From an uncultured Thermoplasmatales archaeon (GTDB lineage: Archaea; Thermoplasmatota; SW-10-69-26), in contig CAYXGD010000001.1 of the NCBI GenBank assembly GCA_964464425.1, positions 1 to 40,820 on the forward strand: a stretch of DNA of 40,820 nt. The letters are read 5' to 3'. The translations under genes and the position numbers were made by a program. The first letter of the stretch is position 1. The number at the start of each line of letters is the position of its first letter. The notes below the pieces were generated by a model. The model did no database searches, was not told where the DNA came from, and worked only from the letters and a program-made list of their open reading frames with translations. Below, piece by piece: positions 24,161 through 32,434 of the stretch.

Positions 24161-25222
24161 ATGACCCTGGTCCCGTCCCCAGGCTCGCCAGCCGACCAAG
24201 GCTTCACCATGCCGGCCGAGTGGGCCCCCCACGAGGCGACCTGGCTGGCCTGGCCCCGCGATCCGCTCACCTGGGTGGCAGGGATCGAGGCCGCCGAGCA
24301 AGCCTTCCTGGCGATGGTCGAGGCCCTGGCACCTGGCGAGCGCGTCGAGATCCTGGTCCACGACGCGGACCAACGCGAGCGTGTCGAGGGTCTGCTGGCC
24401 AAACGCGGCATCGCCGGGCCCCGCCTCCACGTCGTCAGGCACGTCGACTCCTGGGTCCGCGACTACGGGCCCACGTTCGTGATCGACGAGGCCGATGGCC
24501 GGCTGGGGGCGATCGACTGGACCTTCGATGCCTGGGGCGGCAAGTACGATGCGCTCAAGGCGGACGACCGGTTGGGTGCCTGGATCGCCGAGGCTGCTGG
24601 CGCTGAGCGGTTCCGGGTCGACGCCGTGATGGAGGGAGGCAGCATCGATGTCGACGGCCAGGGCACGCTGCTGACCACCGAGCAGTGCCTGCTCAACGAC
24701 AACCGCAACCCCGAGCTTACCCGGGAGGAGATCGAGCGGTTGCTGGCCGACCACGTCGGCGCCCGGACCGTGCTGTGGCTGGGAAAGGGTATCGTGGGGG
24801 ACGACACGGATGGCCACGTCGACGACATCGCCCGGTTCGTGGCCACCGGCAAGGTCGTGGCCTGTAGCGAGGAGGACCCAACCTCACCGAACCACGAGCC
24901 GCTGCAAGCCAACCTGGACAGGTTGTCGACCATGACCGACGCCAGGGGGCGCTCCCTCGAGGTCATCGAGCTCCCGATGCCCGCTCCCGTGACCTGGGAG
25001 GGGGACCCGGTGCCTGCCAGCTACGCCAACTTCTACATCGGGGAGGAGGCCGTGCTGGTGCCCATCTACGATGACCCGTCCGACACGGCGGCCTTGGAGC
25101 TCCTGGAGGACCTTCTCCCGGAGCGCAGGGTCGCGCCGATCCCGGCCCAGGACCTGATCGTCGGCATGGGCGCCTGCCACTGCCTGACCCAACAGCAACC
25201 GGCCGCGCCGACGACCGGCTAG
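24161..25222 (+). CDS. aguA: Agmatine deiminase
   Basis: The ATG at 24161 lies 1 nt after the aguB stop. Motifs include MPAEWAPHEATWLAWP, WVRDYGPTFV, GGSIDVDGQGTLLTTE, DTDGHVDD and a C-terminal GMGACHCLTQQ carrying the catalytic Cys. The track start at 24011 is an over-extension. Confidence 0.9.
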   Translation: MTLVPSPGSPADQGFTMPAEWAPHEATWLAWPRDPLTWVAGIEAAEQAFLAMVEALAPGERVEILVHDADQRERVEGLLAKRGIAGPRLHVVRHVDSWVRDYGPTFVIDEADGRLGAIDWTFDAWGGKYDALKADDRLGAWIAEAAGAERFRVDAVMEGGSIDVDGQGTLLTTEQCLLNDNRNPELTREEIERLLADHVGARTVLWLGKGIVGDDTDGHVDDIARFVATGKVVACSEEDPTSPNHEPLQANLDRLSTMTDARGRSLEVIELPMPAPVTWEGDPVPASYANFYIGEEAVLVPIYDDPSDTAALELLEDLLPERRVAPIPAQDLIVGMGACHCLTQQQPAAPTTG

Positions 25223-26808
25223 ACGACCCGGATGATGCCGGCGACACACAGGCCCACCAGGACCGCGATCCATGCCCCGGGACCGGGGACCGTGTCCGGG
25301 GCCTGGTCGCCGGCTGCATCGAGCTGCTCGTCAGGCCCGCCTAGCCCGGGACCATCCTCGACGGTCACGTCGAAGATGGGGGGCTGGTCGGCGCTGGGGC
25401 CGTGGACCTGGGTGGCAGCGGTCGGTTCGAGGTCGACGCCATCGACCTCGACGACGTAGTCGCCTTGGGTGGGGAACGTGGCCGTGATCGGGAAGGTCCC
25501 CGACGCGTGCGTATGGACCTTGTCGGAGAGCAACGGCAGACCCGTGGTCCCGTCGCGGACCGTGACCGTCATCTCGCTGTGATCGAACGGCCGGCCGGCC
25601 TCGTCGGTCGCCTTGACGGTGAGCTTGGTGGGGGTGCCAGCCTCGATCGTGTCCGGGTGGTCGAGGGTCGCGAACTGGGGCCCGGCGGCCATGGGCACCA
25701 CCGGCGGGTGGACGCTGAACCGGTGGGTGGTGGTATCGGTCCAGGCGCCCTTCTCGGCGGTCACCTCGAGGGTGTAGTCGCCAGGGGTCGAGTAGGCTCC
25801 GGCCAGGTGGAAGACCCCGTCGTACTCGTGCAGGGTCTCGCTCTGGAACAGGACCTGGCCACCTGGACCGGTCAAGCTCGCGTCGAGGTCGACGTGCGGG
25901 ACCGGGTCGCCGGTGGCGGCGTCGGTGATGACGGTCGTGAGGTGGATCCGGCCGAAGACGCCTACGCTGGTGTAAGGATCGTAGGTGGCCCACAGCTCGT
26001 ACGGACCATCGTTGCTGCCTGCATCCACGCGGTTCTCCAGGGGGCGGTTGGTCGGGGCACCGGGGCTAGCTGCCGGGACGTCCGGCATCTCGCCCTCCTC
26101 GACCGTGATCTCGTGCACCTCCCGGACCGGTCCGAACATGGCTGAATCGGGCGAGGGGAAGGCCTGGTACCCCAGGAAGACCACCTCGTAGGTCCCCGGC
26201 TCTGTGAACACGTGCTGGAACGTCTGGGTGTCCTCGTGGGTGTGGGTGTGGACCCGGAGGATCTCCTTGCTCTGGTCCACGTCTCGGACCTGGACGAGCA
26301 CGTCGCTGTGTGGGATCCGGTCGTCGTCGGCGTCGAGGAGCTCGTAGGTGAACGTCACGGGCTCACCGGCCGTGGCGGTCTCGGGCCCGTCGATGGGCAA
26401 GGAGGCCGTGGCGTCTGGTGCTGCGAGGACCTGGCCTTGGAACGTGTCGGTGACCTCGCCCTCCCCGGTCGGGATGGTGACGGAGACCTCGTAGGTCCCC
26501 GTCGTGGGGAAGCTGATCTGGATCTCATCGACGCCGTCGTAATCGTGGCCGGACGACGGCTCGGTCTTGTAGAGCGTGCGGCCATCTAGGGTGATCTCGA
26601 CGACGGCATCGTGGTGGAAGGCCGGGGCGCCGTCCTCCCCGAAGAGCACCCAACCGAAGTGGTTCACGTTGCCGACGTACGTCGTCCCGTCCTCAGGCGT
26701 GTCGTGGGTGACCACGACCCGGGGACCGGCCTCACCGGCCGTCGCGGCATGGCTCCCTGCGGGGAGCAGGAGCAGGGTCAGGATGACCGGCAGGATCTTG
26801 GCGCGCAT
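25219..26808 (-). CDS. Secreted protein with four tandem His-containing beta-sandwich-like repeats and a PGF-CTERM-like tail
   Basis: The signal peptide is MRAKILPVILTLLLLPAGSHA. Four modules of about 100 aa share the pattern P..H.D..V.V…H.H/Y..G.F…F…G.Y.V.V. The C-terminus is PGPGAWIAVLVGLCVAGIIRVV. Confidence 0.7.
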   Translation of the reverse strand: MRAKILPVILTLLLLPAGSHAATAGEAGPRVVVTHDTPEDGTTYVGNVNHFGWVLFGEDGAPAFHHDAVVEITLDGRTLYKTEPSSGHDYDGVDEIQISFPTTGTYEVSVTIPTGEGEVTDTFQGQVLAAPDATASLPIDGPETATAGEPVTFTYELLDADDDRIPHSDVLVQVRDVDQSKEILRVHTHTHEDTQTFQHVFTEPGTYEVVFLGYQAFPSPDSAMFGPVREVHEITVEEGEMPDVPAASPGAPTNRPLENRVDAGSNDGPYELWATYDPYTSVGVFGRIHLTTVITDAATGDPVPHVDLDASLTGPGGQVLFQSETLHEYDGVFHLAGAYSTPGDYTLEVTAEKGAWTDTTTHRFSVHPPVVPMAAGPQFATLDHPDTIEAGTPTKLTVKATDEAGRPFDHSEMTVTVRDGTTGLPLLSDKVHTHASGTFPITATFPTQGDYVVEVDGVDLEPTAATQVHGPSADQPPIFDVTVEDGPGLGGPDEQLDAAGDQAPDTVPGPGAWIAVLVGLCVAGIIRVV

Positions 26809-26837
26809 CCGGGTGCCTCACCGCCCAGTCCCCGGCC

Positions 26838-26849
26838 GCCTACATAAGG
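26838..26849 (-). promoter_or_regulatory. TATA-like box (minus-strand CCTTATGTAGGC)
   Basis: Matches the TTATGTAGG motif and lies about 35 nt upstream of the ATG at 26808. Confidence 0.45.
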
Positions 26850-26872
26850 CTTCCAGTGGCTGGGTTGGTCGG

Positions 26873-27838
26873 TCAACCATCACGGCGGCCGACCAGGAGG
26901 GCACCGGCCACGGCGAGGACCAGGATCACCAACCCAACACCTGGGCCAGGCGCGCCGTCGGTCCCGTCGCCGCCATCACCGACCGCCTGGCCCACGACGC
27001 TGATGTTCTGCTCCCAGGTGACCGTCTCGAACCCGTCGGTCACGGTCAGCGTGATGGTCCGTTCGCCTGGGGTGTTGAAGGCGTGCCGGACCACCGGGCC
27101 CTGGGCGGTGTCGGGCCCCAGGTCCCACGTGTACGAGAGCTGGTCGGCCTTGGGCTCGGTGTCGTTGTCCGAGGCCGTGGCCCGGAAGAGGATCTCGTCA
27201 CCGGGTTCGGGCTGCTCGGGGATGACCTCGACCTCCTCGAGCCAGGGCTTCTCGTTGGTCGGTCGGACGTAGGCCCGGAAGCTGTCCTTGCCCAGCCAGC
27301 AGGCACGCGGTTGGTCGCAGGCCGGGTCGTCCTCGCTGACCTGCGCGATGATGCAGAACGTGTGTCGGCCCGTCGAGTAGTTCCGCTCACCACCGGTCTG
27401 GTCGGGGTAGTGGTCGAAGACCTCCAGGCGCCAGTACGCGTCGGCGCCGCCGTTGCCGGGCCGTGTGGCGCCCCCGACGGTGACAGATTGCCCGGGGTCC
27501 AGGCGGCGGTTCTTCACCGGGCCCAGGCTCACCCAGCCGACGTCCCCGCGCTGTTCGGGGCAGCCGTCGACCTCGGGATCGAGGTACGTGATCGCCAGGA
27601 GGTTGACCCCGCGCTCTTCATCGCCGTTGGTGACCTCCGCCCGGACGCTGAAGAAGTACCGGGGGCTCGTGTACGTCTCGCCTTCGTAGTCCGTCGTGAC
27701 GACCACGTCGGGCCTCTCCAGGATCTGGACGGTCGTCCCCTGGGCGGCGGCCAACGGGAGCGCCAGGGCACCCAGCAGCAGGGCACCAGCGAGCAGGTGG
27801 ACAGGACGGGTCTTCGGACCGGGGCGGTCGAGGCGCAC
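26873..27838 (-). CDS. Secreted PKD-domain protein with a PGF-CTERM-like tail
   Basis: It has a signal-like N-terminus (…HLLAGALLLGALALPLAAAQG; GTG start). The PKD-type segment is LSYTWDLGPDTAQGPVVRHAFNTPGERTITLTVTDG. The C-terminus is GAPGPGVGLVILVLAVAGALLVGRRDG. Confidence 0.7.
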   Translation of the reverse strand: MRLDRPGPKTRPVHLLAGALLLGALALPLAAAQGTTVQILERPDVVVTTDYEGETYTSPRYFFSVRAEVTNGDEERGVNLLAITYLDPEVDGCPEQRGDVGWVSLGPVKNRRLDPGQSVTVGGATRPGNGGADAYWRLEVFDHYPDQTGGERNYSTGRHTFCIIAQVSEDDPACDQPRACWLGKDSFRAYVRPTNEKPWLEEVEVIPEQPEPGDEILFRATASDNDTEPKADQLSYTWDLGPDTAQGPVVRHAFNTPGERTITLTVTDGFETVTWEQNISVVGQAVGDGGDGTDGAPGPGVGLVILVLAVAGALLVGRRDG

Positions 27839-27857
27839 GACCGGAGCCTAGGGTCTC

Positions 27858-27871
27858 GTCCTATGAAGGCC
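27858..27871 (-). promoter_or_regulatory. TATA-like box (minus-strand GGCCTTCATAGGAC)
   Basis: Centred about 27 nt upstream of the GTG at 27838. Confidence 0.4.
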
Positions 27872-27893
27872 TTGCTGAACGCGAACCTCGGGG

Positions 27894-28802
27894 TCACGGC
27901 GTCGTGGAGGTCCCCAGCCGGGACCGATGACCTCGTCGGTAGGCGATCTTGGCCACACCCAACCCGATGATGTAGAGCAGGATCACCGGGCCAGCGATCA
28001 GCACCTGGGTGATCGGGCTGGGATCGCTGAGGACGGCGCCCAGCACCAGCACGCCGACGACCACGCCTCGCCAGTGGCGACCCATGGTCTCGGGGTGCAC
28101 CAAGCCCATGTAGGCAAGGCCGGCCATGATCAGGGGCAACTCGAAGGCCAACCCGAACAGGCCCGAGGTCAGAAGCACGAAGCTGAGGGTCTGCTGCGGT
28201 TGGGCGAACGCCGCGGCGCCGATCGGGTCGGCGTACGCGTAGAGGGTGGCCAAGGTCAGCGGGACCATCAGGAAGTACCCGAACGCCACCCCGCCGAGGA
28301 AGAGCGCCATGGAGACCGGCATCAACCAGCCCACGGTCCTGCGCTCGTGGGGGTGGAGCGCCGGGGCCAGGAAGGCCGAGATGTGGTAGGCCACGAACGG
28401 GGCGCCGAGCACCAGCCCGCCCAGGACCGCGGCTTGGAGCTGGGCCACCAGGGCCTCGCTGGCGGTCAACACGGCCAGGGAGACGGTGTCCGGCAGGCTG
28501 TAGGCCAGGATCTCGTTCAGCAGGCGCGTGGCCAGGCTCTCGGCCACCGTCGGGATCGGCGCCCAGAACGTGTAGCCGCGCAGGGTGACCAGCTGCACAT
28601 CGAAGCTGAAGAGGAGCACCGTGATCGCGCCGACGGTGCCCAAGGAGGCAAGCACACGGTACCGCAGCTCGCGCAGGTGGTCGAGCAACCCCATCTCCTG
28701 ATCCTGGAGCTGGCGGGCCCGTCGGCTGACGGCGAGCACCCCCCAGGTGAGCAGCGCCACGAGGGCGGCGGCACCGGCCAGGATCAGGTACCTGTTGGCC
28801 AC
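27894..28802 (-). CDS. tatC: Twin-arginine translocase subunit TatC (with an N-terminal extra helix)
   Basis: Contains the TatC signature GLLDHLRELRYRVL followed by six hydrophobic helices. The GTG at 28802 lies about 24 nt downstream of a consensus TATA-like box. This supports the 36-aa N-terminal extension containing an additional hydrophobic segment. Confidence 0.85.
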   Translation of the reverse strand: MANRYLILAGAAALVALLTWGVLAVSRRARQLQDQEMGLLDHLRELRYRVLASLGTVGAITVLLFSFDVQLVTLRGYTFWAPIPTVAESLATRLLNEILAYSLPDTVSLAVLTASEALVAQLQAAVLGGLVLGAPFVAYHISAFLAPALHPHERRTVGWLMPVSMALFLGGVAFGYFLMVPLTLATLYAYADPIGAAAFAQPQQTLSFVLLTSGLFGLAFELPLIMAGLAYMGLVHPETMGRHWRGVVVGVLVLGAVLSDPSPITQVLIAGPVILLYIIGLGVAKIAYRRGHRSRLGTSTTP

Positions 28803-28818
28803 GGGCCGGCTAAGGACA

Positions 28819-28831
28819 CCTCCTACAAAAG
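28819..28831 (-). promoter_or_regulatory. TATA-like box (minus-strand CTTTTGTAGGAGG) upstream of tatC
   Basis: Best match to the window-wide TTTTGTAGG motif, with leaderless spacing to the GTG at 28802. Confidence 0.5.
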
Positions 28832-28894
28832 CGGCCCGCCGACGACCGTCTCTCGGGAGGCCAGGGCCTGGGCGACCACCCGGTATGCCACAAC

Positions 28895-28906
28895 GCTCTT
28901 AAGGGG
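28895..28906 (+). promoter_or_regulatory. TATA-like box GCTCTTAAGGGG
   Basis: Centred about 27 nt upstream of the ATG at 28927. Confidence 0.4.
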
Positions 28907-28926
28907 CCACGCCGACGTTGAGGGTG

Positions 28927-29802
28927 ATGCGCCTGGCCCTCTGGCTCCTCCTCGCCACGCTGCTGATCCCGGTCGCAGGGGCCGAGGGGGCCATCGACGT
29001 GGACGACGAGGGCCGGGTCCTTCTCTACGCCCACTGGCCAGCCTCTGTGGCCGAAGGCATGGCGGGCCCGATCATCATGGACGAGGTGTTCCCTGTGGAG
29101 GAGCCCGACCTCTCTGAGGGCCCCGCCACGCCCGGCGCCTCGGCCGCTGGCACCGAACACACGTGGACCTACCGGCTGCACGACTTCTACGGCCGGATCG
29201 GGCCGATCGGGGACCTCCGTCTCGACACGGCGGTGCCGGCGATGTTCCACTTCTACCTCTCAGCCGACCAGACCCCCTGGCCCAGCCCCGCCGGCCCAGC
29301 GCCCAAGGAGGTCGACCACGGGGTCGTCCCCAACGTCACCGTCGAGGTCCGCCTGGCCCACCAGAACCGGACGGTGGGCACCGGCGCCCAGACCCACGAC
29401 CTGGTCAACCTGCCCGACCCGGTGGGAGGCACCATCCAGCACTACGCCATCCCGGTGCCCCACGATCTGGCACGGATCCCATCCGGGTCCGGCCTCGACG
29501 TGCAGATCACCGTCCGCCAGGCCCAGGCTGGCGGCCAGGATGCCATGCAGCCCCTCTACAACGTCCACACCGGAGAGGCCTACCCGACGGGCCTGGCCCT
29601 GCCCATCGAGAACCCCGGTGCTCTCCTGTTCGACGGGGAGAGCTCGAGCAGCCTGGACGTCGCCAAGGCCCGCGAGACCCTCTCGGCCATGAGCGTCAAG
29701 ACCGTCGAAGAGGAGCCCTACGCCTGGACAGCCCTCACCGTCGCCATGGCCGCCATGGTCGTCACCGGTGGCCGCATGGTCCACCGCTGGCGCCAGCGGT
29801 AG
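28927..29802 (+). CDS. Hypothetical secreted protein with a C-terminal TM anchor
   Basis: The signal peptide is MRLALWLLLATLLIPVAGAEG and the C-terminal helix plus basic tail is WTALTVAMAAMVVTGGRMVHRWRQR. I recognise no family. The ATG at 28927 is preferred over the track TTG at 28918 because of TATA spacing. Confidence 0.5.
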   Translation: MRLALWLLLATLLIPVAGAEGAIDVDDEGRVLLYAHWPASVAEGMAGPIIMDEVFPVEEPDLSEGPATPGASAAGTEHTWTYRLHDFYGRIGPIGDLRLDTAVPAMFHFYLSADQTPWPSPAGPAPKEVDHGVVPNVTVEVRLAHQNRTVGTGAQTHDLVNLPDPVGGTIQHYAIPVPHDLARIPSGSGLDVQITVRQAQAGGQDAMQPLYNVHTGEAYPTGLALPIENPGALLFDGESSSSLDVAKARETLSAMSVKTVEEEPYAWTALTVAMAAMVVTGGRMVHRWRQR

Positions 29803-29817
29803 CCGGGCGCACCCCCA

Positions 29818-30873
29818 TCATCCTGCCAGCGCCTCGATCAGGGCGGTGTAGGCCCCCACGCCGGCCTCCAGCTCCTCGACCGTGATGTGCTCGTCGGGCT
29901 TGTGCGCTCGATCGATCGACCCGGGCCCGCAGACCACCGTCGGGCACGCGCGCTGCCAGTGCCCGGCCTCGCTGGCGTAGTCCACGCCGATCACCTCGCG
30001 CTCCAACCCAGCCTTGGCCATGGCCGCCAAGCATCGATGCCCGAGCCGGTCCGGGCCTTCGAACGGGGGCTCTCGCTTGGCCAGACGGATCTCGACGTCC
30101 GACGGATGGCCAAGGGCTTGCTGGACGGCGCGGACCATCTCGTCGGGCATCACCGGCGCCGGGAACCGCCCGTCGATCCTGGCCCAGGCCTCGGGTGCGA
30201 GCACGTTGTACGGCCCCTCCTGGCTCCCCAACCCGGTGATCGCCAGGGTCGGCTGTCCCAGCACCGGGTGGTCGACCACCACGGGCTCGGCTGGCAGATC
30301 AGCCAGCAGCTCGACCAGCCGCTCGGGGGCGGAGGCCGCCCGGCCGCCGTCCCCTCGAGGGGCCGAGGCGTGGCCGGAGGGGGCGGTGACCGTGAGCTGC
30401 ATCCATGCTACGCCCTTCCCGCACGTCGCCACGTCCAACCCGGTGGGTTCCCCGACCACGACGGCGGTCGCTGGCTCGAGCACGTCGGGCTTGTCCACCA
30501 GGGCCCGAGCGGTGGCCATGGTGGTCTCCTCGTCGCTGGTCAGCACGAGGCCGGCCGGGGCCTCGGTGTTGGCCAGGGCAGAAAGCATGGCGGCCACGGG
30601 GCCCCGCATGTCTGAGGCACCGCGGCCGACCAGGCGGCCGTCGAGCATCGTGTTCCCGAACGGTGCTTGGGTCCACCCGTCGCCGACGGGCACGACATCC
30701 ACGTGCCCACTGAGCAGGCACCCGTCCCGGCCCCGCCAGGCGACCAAGGCCTCGTGGTCCTGCAGCCGCTGGACGCGCATGCCGGCCCCACGGCAAACCT
30801 CCTCGGCCAGATCGAGGCAGGGCCCGACCTCGGGTCCAGCAAGCAGGTGCTCGGCGGTCTCGACGACGTCCAC
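29818..30873 (-). CDS. M20-family metallopeptidase (ArgE/DapE/LysK-type deacylase)
   Basis: Motifs include SGHVDVVPVGDGWTQAPF, GRGASDMRG and LTSDEETT. Length and layout match acetylornithine/acetyl-lysine deacetylase-type enzymes. The start codon is GTG. Confidence 0.8.
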   Translation of the reverse strand: MDVVETAEHLLAGPEVGPCLDLAEEVCRGAGMRVQRLQDHEALVAWRGRDGCLLSGHVDVVPVGDGWTQAPFGNTMLDGRLVGRGASDMRGPVAAMLSALANTEAPAGLVLTSDEETTMATARALVDKPDVLEPATAVVVGEPTGLDVATCGKGVAWMQLTVTAPSGHASAPRGDGGRAASAPERLVELLADLPAEPVVVDHPVLGQPTLAITGLGSQEGPYNVLAPEAWARIDGRFPAPVMPDEMVRAVQQALGHPSDVEIRLAKREPPFEGPDRLGHRCLAAMAKAGLEREVIGVDYASEAGHWQRACPTVVCGPGSIDRAHKPDEHITVEELEAGVGAYTALIEALAG

Positions 30874-30892
30874 GCGGGGGGAACCGGCCCGA

Positions 30893-30903
30893 CCGGTATA
30901 AGC
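30893..30903 (-). promoter_or_regulatory. TATA-like box (minus-strand GCTTATACCGG) upstream of the M20 gene
   Basis: Centred about 25 nt upstream of the GTG at 30873. Confidence 0.45.
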
Positions 30904-30918
30904 CTGGAGATGGCCGGG

Positions 30919-32193
30919 TCAGCCGTCGGCCACGATGCGGACCTCGGGTTCCACGACCTCGATCGCGCCGGTCTGGGTGACCCGCCAGAACGCGAAGGTG
31001 GCCTCGGTCGGATCGCCGGTCGCGTTCCAGTGGGCGGAGGCGGACACGGTCTCGTAGTCGATGGCCTCGCCGGTGGCCGCCGCGCCGAGCCCGATGTCCA
31101 GGCTGCCAGGGGTGATCGACCGGCCCGGCGGGTCCCAGACGCTGCGCAAGCACGCGGAGACGGCGTCGGGGTCCGTGCTTTGCGCGGCCGCCATGCCCAA
31201 CAGGATCGTGACCGCAGCGTCGTAGGCCTCCCCGGCGAACAGACCTGGGGCGTGACCGTAAGCCTCGGTGAACCGTTGCCGGAACGCCGGGTCGGCGCCT
31301 TGGGCCAGGAACGCCGTCGGTGCGGTCCCCGGGCTCCCAGTCAAGAGCGTCGGCTGGCCGGTTCGGTTGCGGACCCGGTCGACGAACGCATGGCTGAGCG
31401 AGCCTTCGGTGAACACGAGCTCGCGGCCGTCAAGCAACCCGTGCTCGTGGGCCTGGGCTAGCAGGTCGACCCCTGGGTCCGGGAAGCCGACGTAGACGAT
31501 CGTGGCAGGGTCGGCAGCCTCGGCCTGCCTGATGGCCTGGCTGTGGTTCTGGCTGGATGCCACGACCGGGATCGTCGCGGTCACCTGGGCGGTCTGACGG
31601 TCCTCAAGGGAGGCTTGGAGGTTCTGTGTGATCGCCCGGCCGTAGCTGGTGTCCAGGTGGAGGACGGCCACCGATCCTGCGCCCCTCTCGTCCAAGAGCT
31701 GGGCCAGGGCCACACCCTGGAGCCCGTCGCTCGGCGGCACCCGGAAGAACCGATCGCCAGCGTCAGCGGCCGACAAGCGGTCGCTGGTCGCGCCTGGCGT
31801 CACGATCAAAGTCCCAGCACCGTCGGTCTGGTTGAGCACGCCGAGGGCGGCCGAGGAGCTGACCGGTCCGACGATCGCGGTCACGCCCTGCTGGGTCAAG
31901 CGGTCGGCGGCTGTCCGGCTGACCGAGACCGTGCTGGCCGTGTCCGCGTGGAGGACCTCCACCTGGCGACCGAACAGCCCGCCGGCCAGGTTGACGTCCT
32001 GGATGGCGAGGTCCACCGCTCGCTTCAGGTCCGGCCCGATGCTGGAGAGGCGTCCGGTCACCGGGAGCAGCGTACCGATGACCGGCTGGCCCTGGTCACC
32101 GGCCTCTGGGCAGGGCCGGGCCACCGGTTCCCCGGTGCAGCCGGCCAGGGCGACGGCGACGATCACGACGGCTCCCAGCAGCTCGGTGCGCAT
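30919..32193 (-). CDS. ABC transporter substrate-binding lipoprotein (Leu/Ile/Val-binding, type-1 PBP family)
   Basis: Starts at the ATG at 32193: MRTELLGAVVIVAVALAGC (lipobox). The body (IGTLLPVTGRLSSIGPDLKRAVDLAIQDVN…) is typical of the LivJ/K family. The 116 upstream codons in the track are an over-extension. Confidence 0.85.
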   Translation of the reverse strand: MRTELLGAVVIVAVALAGCTGEPVARPCPEAGDQGQPVIGTLLPVTGRLSSIGPDLKRAVDLAIQDVNLAGGLFGRQVEVLHADTASTVSVSRTAADRLTQQGVTAIVGPVSSSAALGVLNQTDGAGTLIVTPGATSDRLSAADAGDRFFRVPPSDGLQGVALAQLLDERGAGSVAVLHLDTSYGRAITQNLQASLEDRQTAQVTATIPVVASSQNHSQAIRQAEAADPATIVYVGFPDPGVDLLAQAHEHGLLDGRELVFTEGSLSHAFVDRVRNRTGQPTLLTGSPGTAPTAFLAQGADPAFRQRFTEAYGHAPGLFAGEAYDAAVTILLGMAAAQSTDPDAVSACLRSVWDPPGRSITPGSLDIGLGAAATGEAIDYETVSASAHWNATGDPTEATFAFWRVTQTGAIEVVEPEVRIVADG

Positions 32194-32434
32194 CGGCAGG
32201 CGGGCATGGTCCCCGGCGCGGTAAGAACATCCCGGTCTTGCACCGCGCTGGCCCGAGGCGCCGGTCGCAGGCCGACGACCACACCGAAAGCCATAATCGA
32301 GGCCTCGGGCGTTGCCCGCCTGGTCCGGCCCGCGCCGGCCAGCCAGGGGAAGAGCATGGAAGCACGCCAGAGGGTCGCTGTCACGTCTGCCGCTGGAAGG
32401 GTGCACGACGACCCCGAGCCCGCCCGGTGACGGC

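Noticed and set aside
25219-29802. Tat-dependent export of the three secreted proteins clustered around tatC.
   Set aside because: None has a twin-arginine motif in its signal peptide (MRAKILPV…, VRLDRPGPKTRPVHLL…, MRLALWLL…). Only the lipoprotein S8 protease at 5592 has an RR pair (SHRRVLV). The adjacency to tatC looks coincidental.
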